Of a stretch of 64,000 nt of DNA, positions 40,801 through 52,144 are shown in pieces; the first letter of the stretch is position 1, and the number at the start of each line of letters is the position of its first letter. This DNA is from Geosiphon pyriformis uo1 (Eukaryota > Fungi > Glomeromycota): positions 499,814 through 563,813 of the forward strand of contig JAAOMT010000786.1 in NCBI GenBank assembly GCA_016748015.1, in the 5' to 3' direction. A program made the position numbers and the translations under genes. Below the pieces are notes generated by a model, which had not been told where the DNA came from, did no database searches, and worked only from the letters and a program-made list of their open reading frames with translations.

Positions 40801-43800
40801 CAAAAAAAAAAGAAAAGGAAAAGGAAAAAAAACCAATATCAACCACCACTGCCATTTATATCTCATACACATATACTCTATCACAACTATCTAACTATTG
40901 CCACTTAAAACTGGTATGTGTCAATTGTGACAAGAAATTATTATTAATGAGCACATGCTGTAATGATGATAAGGAATATTAGATGGCAACTAAGTTTTAT
41001 TGTCATCCATGCCTCGTTGAATGCTTTGGAAGACCAAAACAAATTGGAAAATGGGATAATAAGCCATGTTTGACTTGTGAAAAAACTCTTCTTAATAAAA
41101 GAATGTGGAACAACATTCCTGGAAGAGGAGGAACATGTGACAAATCATGTCAGTACATGATTTTCATCAGTAATTGGGTAAAAAAAGAAATGCCCATAAA
41201 TGTTGCCTGGAGACAAACAATCAAATGCTTGGACAGATGTCCACATAATGATGACAAAATTTGGCAAATAGCTCTTACCAAAATTGAAGAAGCATCACCA
41301 GAAGAAATAAAAAGAATAAAGAACAACCCACCAGAACCCATAGAACTTGACTGGAACCCAGAACCAGTTATAAATCTACTGAATTCAAAACAATTCTATG
41401 AACACTACCAGGAATTAGCACCCACTAGAGAGGAACAAAAGCAATAATTGGAAAAAATAAACACAAGACTATGTGATCATTGTTTGATCCCATGTGACTT
41501 CCAATATTATAATGAGTGTGATCTCATTTACAATCCACCACCATGCATGATCTACATGATTTTGGAAGAGAAAGAACCAATTAACAGCTGTACATCAAAA
41601 TTAAAATCAACTTTCAATTTCAATTTAAACTTCAACAATAATAACGACAAAAATAATGGTTCCAGCTCTATTCCAAATGACCACAAAAATCATGATGATT
41701 CAAACTCCAATTCAAGTCCTGAAACATATATTGCACTCCCTGATCTTACCAAAAAACAAGAACTTAAATGATTCAGTAATAATAATGAAGATATTATGCC
41801 TGAATACACACATAATATTAATCCAGAGTTTGATTTAAGATATTTAGGAAAAGTTGCCATCAAATTGAAACCACATTTATGCATATGTATTGATCTCAAA
41901 GTAGCATTGGAAATCCCAGCCACAACAATAGTTCAGTTAGCATCTAGAAGTAGCTTAGCCAAAAAAGAAATCAACATTAGGAGAGGAATAATTAATGCAG
42001 AATACATAGAAAATATCATTGCTATGCTACAAAATAATTCAGAAAAAACATATATTATAGATCCAAATAAAAAGATAGCACAGGCAATATTCTTGCCTTT
42101 GGTTAAAATAGCTCAGTTAGTATCAGTGGAAAACAGAAAAAAATTAGAGATAACAGCAAGAGGAATACAAAAATTCAGATCAATAAGTAGAATAGATGTA
42201 CCAATCAATATGGTAAAAGAAGAGATTATCGACAAAGAAAAAATTAGCTTCACCTGTTAACCAATTTCTATTCTATTATATGACTAGTACATGGTAGTTA
42301 TAGAGAGAAAAGTAAAGGATCAAGTTCAGATTTTTGAGACAGAAACAACACTTTATGAATCAAAAAAGATTGGATTAGTCAATCTATACATACCAGCCAA
42401 AAACCACAGTCACATCAAAATTTTCATTTACAACAACATAGAAAACATTATCAAGATACTAGAAGGAATTACTATTGAATACTTAACCACCAAAATTGAA
42501 GACCAATTACCAGACACTATTCCAGACTTTTCACAATTGTGTTGATATGTAGATATCACATTCCAAACCATATACAGATGAGAAAAATGTTATTTGTTTC
42601 AACCAGAACAATTGAAACAAATAAACATAGGAAACTTGGATCCACTACAATGTATGCAGCTCAAGATATTACTTAACAATTTCAATGACATCTTTGCCAG
42701 TGAAAACAAATTTGGCAGAACTAACATCATCCAACATCAAATCAAGACTAGAGATGTGATGCCAATTAAACAAAGAATATACAGAGTACCATCAGCCAGC
42801 CATGAGATCATTTGTCAAGAAATCAATTAGATGCTTAACAATAGGCTAATTCAGTCATCAATAAGTCTATAGTCATTACCAGTGGTATTAATTCATAAAA
42901 AGAATGGAAAAATCTGCTTTTGTGTGGATTACCAAAAACTAAATGGAGTAACCAAAAGAGATAGCTATCCAACACCAAAGATCCAAGAGCTGTTTGACAC
43001 TTTTGGAGGGAAAAAATGGTTTTTAACATTAGACTTAGAAGGAAACTTTGAATTTGAGGTTATGCCATTTGGCTTGATGAATGTTCCAGCTACTTTTCAG
43101 CAATTTATGGAAATTGTCTATACTAGATTACTATAAAAATCAGTAGTCATATACTTGGATGACACCAATGTGTTCTCAAAAACATTTGATAATCATCTAT
43201 ATTATCTTCAACAAATATTTGAAAGACTCAAATAAACAGAATTAAAATTAAATGCAAACAAATACTTCTTTGGCAAAATGGGACTTAAGTTTTTGGGACA
43301 TGTTGTGAGCAAAGACAGTATTAAAACAGATCCAAATAAGATTGAGATTGTTAAAAACTTTCCAATACCAAATAATCTCACAAAATTAAGAACATTCTTG
43401 GAATTTGCTGAATACTACCATTGCTTTATCAAAGACTTCTCCAAAATAGCTCAACTACTATACCAACTCCAAACAAAAAACACTAAATATGAATGGGCAG
43501 AAACTCAACAAGAAGCTTTTGATACATTAAGAAGAAAACTTATTCAAGCCTCAGTGTTGATCTATCTGGATTATAGCAAACCATTCATAATCACAACTGA
43601 TGTATTTGTTCAAGCATTGGGAGCAGTATTATTTCAGAAAAAACCAAACAGATGAGAACATCCAGTAGAAGTTTAAGTCCAGCAAAAAAAAAATTATAGA
43701 ACTCTAGTACTGGAACACTTAGCTATCTATTAGACTGTTATCAAATGAAAAGAATATTTGAGTCAAAAGTTTGATGTGTACACTGATTATAAAGGATTGA

Positions 43801-45348
43801 TTTCAATTAAGAAGCAAGAATTTGGAGACAATTGCCATACCAGATAGAAAATAGAACTTTCACTATTTAATTATACAGTACATTACAAAAAAAAAAAAAA
43901 ACAGAAATGCCAATAGATTGTTGCAAATGAGACAAATCTAAAAACATTTCAACCCAAAAATATAACAAAAAATGAATATACAAAAATACCAATAACTCTA
44001 ACATTATATAAATATCCAATTGTTCAAAGAGAAATTATCTTAAAAGAAACAAAACAACATAAAACAGCAATCAAAATATTTTATCAACTATCAAAATATA
44101 CTTTACTAAAAGAATAAAAGAAACCCAAATCAACCAACCAGAATAATCACAGAACCAAAGAAAGAGACAATATTATTCAACATGCACTCAGATCCAACAG
44201 CAGAACATTTTCATAAAGAAAAAACCATAGAAAAAACCAAAAAAAGATACTATTGGTCATTAATGTATCCAGACATCATTCAATATGTGCAAAGTTGTGA
44301 TGCTTGTCAAAAAAGAGGTGGAACAAAACCCAGCAAACTGTTAAGACCAATTAAAGTAGAACAACCATTCAATCACATTAAAATTGACTTAGTTAGACCA
44401 TTAACAATAACTAGCAGAGGCAACAGATATATTGCAATAGCCATGAATTATTTCACAAAATGGCCAGAAGCAAAAGCCATTCAAAAAGCAGATGCAAAAT
44501 CTGTTGCTGAATTCATTCATCAAGATTTGATCTGTCGACATAGATGTCTAAAAGAACTACTATCAAATCAGGGTACTTACTTTGTGAATAGAACATTGAC
44601 AGAATTAAGTCAAAGATTTGGAATAAAAAGACCATTATTATCACCATATCATCCACAAACAAATGGGCTAGTTGAAAGGTTTAACAGAATATTGTGTGAA
44701 GTTATTGCCAAAATCAGCCAAAAAAACCAAAATAAATGAAATTTGATTATATCATCAGTATTATTTGCTTATTAGACAATGAAGTAAGACACTATACAAG
44801 CAACATCATTTGAATTAGTATACAGTAGAACAGCAACACTACCAGTTAAGATAGAAATCAAGACATATTTAACAGAACCAATAACAGAAAAGACTTTTTA
44901 AAGAACATTGTTGAAAAAAACATATAATTGAATGGAGACACTAGAAAACACATGGCAAAAAGCAACTAATAACATCCAAAAGTCACAAAAAAAACAAAAA
45001 AAAAGACATAATAACCAACTACCAGAGAAACCAGTTGAATTTAAGATTGGAAACAAAGTACTTCTACATTGTACTAAAGTGGAAAAACAATGAAATAGAA
45101 AATTTGACCCCAAATAGAACAGACCATTTCACATAGAAGAAATTCTTGGAAATAGAGCTTATAAATTAAGGTTGAACAACAAAATCTTAACCAAAGCAGC
45201 ACATGGTGATTGACTGAAACAATATTACCATATAGTATCATCATCTACCAGTAATATTCCACAATTAAGAGTACAGAGAATACTAGTCAAACCAGATGAG
45301 ATTCCACAAGATCTAGAACCAATTATAATTATTAAACCAAACACATAA
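37830..45348 (+). pseudogene. Gypsy polyprotein: N-terminal extension, gag (~38770-39570), protease (~40190-40500), Cys-rich region, dUTPase, RT (~42600-43300), RNase H, integrase (~44180-45200)
   Basis: Gag RALQAIPYFL and knuckle CHYCGKQEHLRIDC. Protease LILNSKS (eroded LILDSGS). RT FCVDYQKLN, MPFGL and YLDD, with an in-frame deletion after LDL. RNase H IITTD. Integrase H-x6-H...CDAC and SPYHPQTNGLVERFN. Numerous stops and frameshifts. Confidence 0.9.
41796..42260 (+). pseudogene. dUTPase domain within Gypsy pol
   Basis: FDLRY, QLASRSSLAKK, GIINAEYIENI, KIAQAIF and TARGIQKFRS correspond to the trimeric dUTPase motifs (GxDL, RSSLA, GxIDxxYxG, IAQ, RGxxGFGS) after G>A erosion. Confidence 0.88.
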
Positions 45349-45406
45349 AATTAAACAACCAAGAAGTATATAAAAACACAGTATACGTGACAAAAGACAG
45401 CAGAAA

Positions 45407-46035
45407 ATGGAAATTACTAACAGTATACACTCACTAGCACAACAACTTTTTCAACTGATCCAACAATAGAAAATGGAAATTACAATTAACCAACAAACTA
45501 TCAAATATACAAACACCAGAAAAGAATTACAAGAGAAAATACAGAGAAAAACAGAAAACACTGTTAACAAAATAATTACAAAAGCAAAATTAACAATAGA
45601 AACACAACCAAAAGTCACCTAATATCAAGAGTTGACTATAAAAACTTGGAATTGATAGATACAACAATTTTCAAAAAACTTTTGTTACTTTTATCTGGGA
45701 CAATACTTGAATATTCAGGGCTTGTACATGGATAAAACAAACCAATTATTTAATACAACAATACTACAACAACTGGAACAATTTATGGGGAAGAACAATT
45801 TGACTACACAAGTCAGAGCCATTTATTGGCTACACACTGAATTTTAAGATTGACCAGAAACTTTACTCGATCCAGAAATGAACTCATTACTATTAATCAA
45901 ATGGGAAAAATAACCAATGCTCAATTTAAAGAATTACAGAACAAGATAACACAAGTAATTCTTGAAAAAGAAATTCAAGAAATATTCAAAGATGGAAAAT
46001 TAGAATTAGAAGATCTTGATAGAGCTCAATATTAA
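45407..46035 (+). pseudogene. Extra ~200-codon ORF between integrase and PPT, function unknown
   Basis: ATG at 45407, reading MEITNSIHSLAQQLFQLIQQ..., joins the ORF-track piece 45850-46035 through stops and a frameshift. TATATAAAA lies at 45367. Confidence 0.5.
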
Positions 46036-46046
46036 AAAAGAGGAAA
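46034..46046 (+). promoter_or_regulatory. Polypurine tract
   Basis: AAAAAAGAGGAAA just upstream of the 3' LTR. Confidence 0.75.
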
Positions 46047-46049
46047 TAA

Positions 46050-46895
46050 TATTATTCATAAAATATAGGAAGTATATTAGCATATAAATTAGCCAATCAG
46101 AAGTAACTGTAGTAAATATGAAATTCCAGAATTCTTTTCAGAGAAATTGCAGGATTCCAAGAATTTTAAGATTTTTGTATAAGGAATTACAGGATTCCAG
46201 AATTCCAAAATTCTAGGATTCTTCTCAAAAGAATTGCAGGATTCCAAAAATTCCAGGATTCCTGGTGAAAAAAATTGAGGAATCTCAATTATGTATATAT
46301 AGTGATAACATTAGAAATAGAAAAGACAGATTTCGGAGTTTAGATTTGATCTAAACAACCTTCTATTTACAAATATTAATAAATAATTATTCTTTATCTT
46401 AAATCTACTCTCCACTATCAACACTTTATGTTGATAGTAATTAATACTTAAATACACTGGAACAATAGCTCTTGATCATGGCTATTAATAGAATACTAAC
46501 TATTATTGCCTTGGTTTATTTCTTCTTTCTTATTTCTTTTATTTTTATTTTTATTTTTTTGTTATTATTTACTAATTGATTAAAAAATTAAGCACTAGAA
46601 TACAGATGTCATAGAGACTAGTAAAAGATCTGTGAAACAAGAATAGAACACTCATACATTTGAGGATAGCTTACCAGAAGAATTACCGGCCACTACACTA
46701 AGAAAAAAATTCGATAGAATTGTGATTTTAGGAGGCTACTGAAACAACAATTGAATTTCTGTCCATTATACAAAAAACTCCACAACAAAACCTTTAGATC
46801 AACAAAACTTTCAGATACTAATGCCAAAACATCAATCAAGCACCAAGTTACAAGTTTGTTATTGGCTTAAAGACCTGAAATAATCACCTGTAATA
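46050..46895 (+). repeat. 3' LTR (846 bp)
   Basis: TATTATTCATA (eroded TGTTACTCATA)...TGTAATA; colinear with the 5' LTR. Confidence 0.93.
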
Positions 46896-47812
46896 ATATA
46901 CTTATTAGAATTAGTTTTAATAAATATATTATTATTGTTATTATTTAAATAAATAAAAGATATTATTTATAATTAAATATTATAATTAATATAACTATTA
47001 CAAAATCAATATAAAACCAAATAAAACTAATGCTTTATTTTTTACAAAAAAAACAGAACTAAAATAATGTTTTAAAAAACATTAAAAGAAATAACTTTTT
47101 TTAGTATTTTAAAAGAGTTAATTGTGTTAAATAAAAGAAAAAATAATGTTTTAATAATAGTTAAAAACTGGTTTGATTTTATATTACTTAAAAAAATATT
47201 TTAAATAAATATTATTTAGCTATTTTTATTTATAAAAAACTTTATAAATATTATAATTAATAAAAATAATATTAAAAATAGAAATTGCTATTATTTTATT
47301 TCTTAACTAAATATAGTTATAAAAATAATATAATTTAAAAAAAATTTTATTTAAAAAATATATTTTAATTAATACAATTAATATATTATATATTAAAAAC
47401 AAACTATAAATTTATAATACATAATAATTAATAATAAAAAAATTTAATGTTTTTTTTCTTATGCTTTAAATTTTTTAAAAAAAATAAAATTATTTTGAAT
47501 TTTTAGATAAATATTTTAAAAGTAAAAATAATAAATATTGATAAATTAATAGTTTTTTTTACTAAATATAATTAATTATAATACTAAAAATAAAAATATT
47601 TTTTTCTGTTTATTTTTTTTATTGTGTTAAAATTTGATTAAATTGTTTTATAATTGTTAAAAATAATTATTAATTTTTTAGCTATTAAAAAAAAAAGTTT
47701 ATAAAAAAAATGTAAATAATTAAAAAAATTTTTTTAATAAATAGTTTTATAAAAATTTTATTTTCTTAAAATTTCAGAAAATTATTAGATTAATATTTAT
47801 TTTAAAAGTTAA

Positions 47813-49136
47813 TTTTTTTTTTATTATTATGTTTAACGAATGAGGTCCAAATGCGACTTAAGACTATACATCATATAAATGATCTAAACTAGAAGCAAAT
47901 CATGCTTTTTCTACATGTGACCAGTCACTCAGGCCAATTAGAACAATACTATGCATCTATCTTAACAGAGACAAAATCCCCTATACCTGAGAAAAACAAA
48001 CAAGGTTTACGAAAGCCAAAACCAACACCAAAAGCCTTAACAATACTCAACAACCTAATCACACCAGCTGAAAGCACCATAAGTAAACCAGAAACCAGGG
48101 CAAGAATGGAATCATCATAAGGAATAAGTCTATTCCTTTCCATAAAAGCTCAGTGTTTGGCATGGACCAGCCAAAATTCATCACAAAATGTGAAGCAAAA
48201 CTTGCACACAAAACACACAATATTCAAAGCCACAATCTTAGCATCTTTAAAGACTGAAAAGAATTCACGGTACCAATTATCAAAAACAAAACTCTTATAC
48301 AAAGTAGTACTAATTGTAGCATCAGAAAAACAAGAGACCAACAACTGTGAAACACATGAAGTAGATTGAGAGAGACCAAACCATGTTTCCCAAAAAGACA
48401 CATGAAGATTCAACAATTGAGCACAACCAGCAGCATCAAAAGGACAAACGAAGACATGGTCCGAGAATTCTACATCATCACAGAACAAACACACTACACT
48501 GGGATAGCATCTATCATACAAACACTTATGCACAGCAACAGGAAGCTGATAATAGAGAGATTTTATAAAGTATGTCTGAAGGCTAGCAGTATGTACACTA
48601 GTAAAACCAGCAGCCAAGTGAGAATCAGGGTGCCAAACCAAAGAAGACTTAGACCAGTCAACACCATCATGCAAATCAGCTGCCAAGACCCAGGAACCAG
48701 AACCAATTTCTCAATGCACACGAAGAATAGACCGAAACACATTATGAACAAAATACTTAGAATTTTCAGAAACCATATTGCTCCCAGTCCTCAAAAAACA
48801 TTCACTGATCAAATGAGGCAAATGCCAAGTAAAGAGTGCCACATCCTTAACAAAATCATCTGTACACTCATTGCCTGAAATATCCAAATGACTCTTAACT
48901 TTAATCCAATTCACAGTTAAATTTTTATGACAAATTACATTAGCAATATGATGACACTCTATTCAAAAACAATTCCTGAAGTCTGGACAAGCCAATAATG
49001 ATTCCAACTTGTACACATCCAAAGCAACTTGGCTATCTGAGAACAAATCAACTGCACAAGAAGAAGGAACACACTTAAGAGCCAAAGCAATGGCCTGTAA
49101 TTCAGACAAAATAGAAGAAACCAAACCAGACACCTC
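47813..49136 (-). mobile_element. LINE E: 5'-truncated copy (RNase H to tail, type-2 tail) with TSD
   Basis: T-run 47813-47822, stop at 47949, truncated within RNase H. AAGTTAATTT at 47806-47815 and 49137-49146. Confidence 0.9.
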
Positions 49137-50350
49137 AAGTTAATTTAAATAAAATTATAGTGTTTAATATATTAATTTAATTGTATTTTTGGTAATAACT
49201 CTTTATAAACAAAACATAATTTTTTGTCTTATTTGTTATGCTTTTTTGGATAATTATATTTTTTTATAGTAGTTATAATAATAGTGAATTAAGTTTTTTG
49301 AATTTTTGTTTAATATATTATATACAATTATAAATATAAGTTTTTAACAGACTGAATATTATAGTTTTAATTTGTATTTTAATTATTTTTTTGTATAATT
49401 GCTATTATTTATTTAGATTTTTTCTTATTTATTTAAGTTTATATAAATAATAGTTTTGGTTTTTTATTATTAATTTATAAAAACTATAAAAATAGGTTTT
49501 TTTATATTTAAAAATAAGTTTTTAATTAGTATTAGGTTTTTAGAAATGGTTATAAATAGCTAAAATTTTTGTATAATAACTATTATAATAAAATAAAATT
49601 AAAAAATTTAACTTAAAAAACAATATTTAAAAAAAAATTAAAAAACAAATTTTACATAAAATAGCTTTATATTGTTTTTAAACATTAAAATAAAAATAAA
49701 TTAGTAAATAATTTATAATTAAAACTTTAAAGCTTTTTAATATGTTATTTTAAAAAATTTTTAAAAAAAAGCTTTTATTTAAAACCAAAAAAGAGTTTTT
49801 AAACTAATAAAAAACTGGGTTTTAACTATTTTATTTCAAAAAATAAAAGTTATTTTTTTGTTTTAATTATAAAATACAAAAAAAAATATAATTTTTATTA
49901 ATAATATTATTTAATTATAAAAATGAAACTTATAAATAAATTTTAAACTATTTTGTTTTTTAAAAAATAATTACTAATTATTAAAAAAATTTTAAATAAA
50001 TAATTTTTATTTTGGTGTTTAATATTTAATATAGTTATAAAAATCAAATTATAATTGTATTTAATCTTGGTTTTAAAAATAATATTAAGTTTTATGTCTA
50101 AAATATATTTAATTTTATATATATATATTAAAATTAAATTGGATTTTTTGCAATATTTTTTTAATTATTTTAATAAAAATTTTTGAAATTTGTTTGTTTA
50201 TAATAATGGAAAACTTTTTTTTCTCTTTTGTCCAAAATTCCCAAAAAAGAGTCAAAAGTTTTTTCAAAAGAAGTTTTTTTTACCATTTAGTATGATAAAT
50301 CAAAACTGTTCTTCGATTACAAGGCTACTGTTGGCTCTATTATTGCTGTT

Positions 50351-52144
50351 ATGAAAAAGACTGTTAAAGTTTCTGGTTCTGAGAGTGGTTTTAAGACAGT
50401 TGCATCAAAGAAAAAGAAGAAGGAAGGTGTGTTGGCAGAGGGTGTCAATAATAAAGGGGTTGCTGCTGAAGTTTCTGGTATTTGTTTATGAGATTCAGAA
50501 ACTGGGGACACTACTGAGTCTGAGAGTATTAATATGGAAGAGGAGTGTCTGGTGGAAGAGACCAGCTTTGATTATGGTGAAGGTGGTGCTCTGGCTGGTG
50601 GAGATTATAATCAGATGTCCATGAATTCAAAAGTTAAAACCAAAAAGGCATTGGGCAAGCCATTGGGAAAGATTGATTTCTCAAAAAATAGTAATGATGA
50701 TGGTGTTCTCTCAGATGCTCCTCTTGAGCTCTCTCCTCCTATGAAAAATTTGGTCAATGTTCCAGTCAGAAAGTTATTTGTGTTGGATATTGGCTTGGAT
50801 AAGGTGGCTGGCAAATCTTCTCAGGAAAAGCTTGTGGTGGTGAGGAAATTGTTTTTTGGAATCAATGGTTTTGGAGGGGCATCTATTCCCTCAAAATTCT
50901 CAGGAATTATCAGAGCAACATTTACTTCCGAATCAAGTCTAATAAAAGCTACTGATAAGGCTGTGAATGCGAAGATCCTAGTGAACACCGATCTCAAGAA
51001 ATCTTCTGGGCAGTCAGATCGGGCTGTGGTTATTAAAGAAATTCCAATTGGGACATTGGCTGAGACTGTGCGTGCTGCACTATCTGAGTTTGGAGTTATT
51101 AGGGCGATCAAGATGCAATTAATTAGGCTGTGGCAGAAGGCGGTGGTGGAATTTGAGCAATCAGATCAGGCTGATTTGGTTGCAGCTGAGTGGTCTATTC
51201 TAATTAGGAAAAATGCTGTATGTGTGGCTAGAGCTGATTTAGACAAGGAAGCATGGGATGCAAGGGACCAACATAGGGCGCTGCTCTACACATTACCAAT
51301 GGGAACTAATGCTCATGATATTTGAGACTTTGTTAGATCTGTGGATGGAAAAACATGCATCATTGATCGTTATTCTGTTATGTATGCTCGGGCCAGATGC
51401 GCTGTTGTTTGCTTCAACTTTGCTGAATCATTGGATGCTGCTGTGGGAACCACGCCAGTACTTAGGAACACCAATCTCCACTGGTCTTGCCTCATTTCTG
51501 CTAAATGTGCCAAATGTGAGAAATTGGGTCACACATTATTGGGTTGTATGGTTGGTGGGAAATTTCCTTCTGGTAATTCACTGCGTAGGGTTTTCTCGGA
51601 TACAGATAAAAGCAGGCTGGCAACCATCTATGCCAAACACTTGGCTCCAGTTGCCTGTCTGGTCTCTTTTGGTGGTCTCTCTTGGACAAAGGTTGCTCAC
51701 AGGTCTTCTTCACTCTTCCTCTCTAGTCAGAATGTTTTGGTGAATAATGGCTCCTCTTCGGAGATGAAGTCACCCCTACTGGTTACGATGGAAGTCGACA
51801 ATAGGTTTGCCACTCTTGAGCACAGTCTTGCCAGTCTCACAGAGCAAGTTAGTAAGCTGGCTATGAAGTTGGATGCACTTGGACCAATGATTCTCCAGCC
51901 TAGCTCTGAATGTCAGCCGTTGATGACCCCTTCATCACAGGATCAAGGGGCGGATGTAGTGATGAGTAAGGGTTTGGGTGCATCCACTGGTGATGGGAAT
52001 GTCACGAGAGCAGTGTTTTTTGATATGTCTTCAGTGTCTAAGCTGGAGAACAGCATAAAGTGTCTAATGGAAATGGTTCTGGGCCTTTCAGCCAAAGTAG
52101 ATAGTATTGGTGTGCGTTCGGTGTCTCTACCCCTTACTCAATGA
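50351..52144 (+). pseudogene. LINE F ORF1 (598 codons, two internal TGA)
   Basis: Single frame. RRM-like VVIKEIPIGTLAETVRAALSEFG and ALLYTLPMGTNAHDI, knuckle CAKCEKLGHTLLGC, coiled coil after VDNRFATLE. Confidence 0.9.

Larger units (their letters stand above)
36980..46895 (+). mobile_element. Full-length Ty3/Gypsy LTR retrotransposon (9.9 kb) with dUTPase; TSD ATAT
   Basis: Two LTRs, PBS and PPT, domain order gag-PR-(dUTPase)-RT-RH-IN. ATAT at 36976-36979 and 46896-46899. Confidence 0.95.

Noticed and set aside
45200-45348. Chromodomain at the integrase C-terminus
   Set aside because: No YLVKW-type motif is visible.
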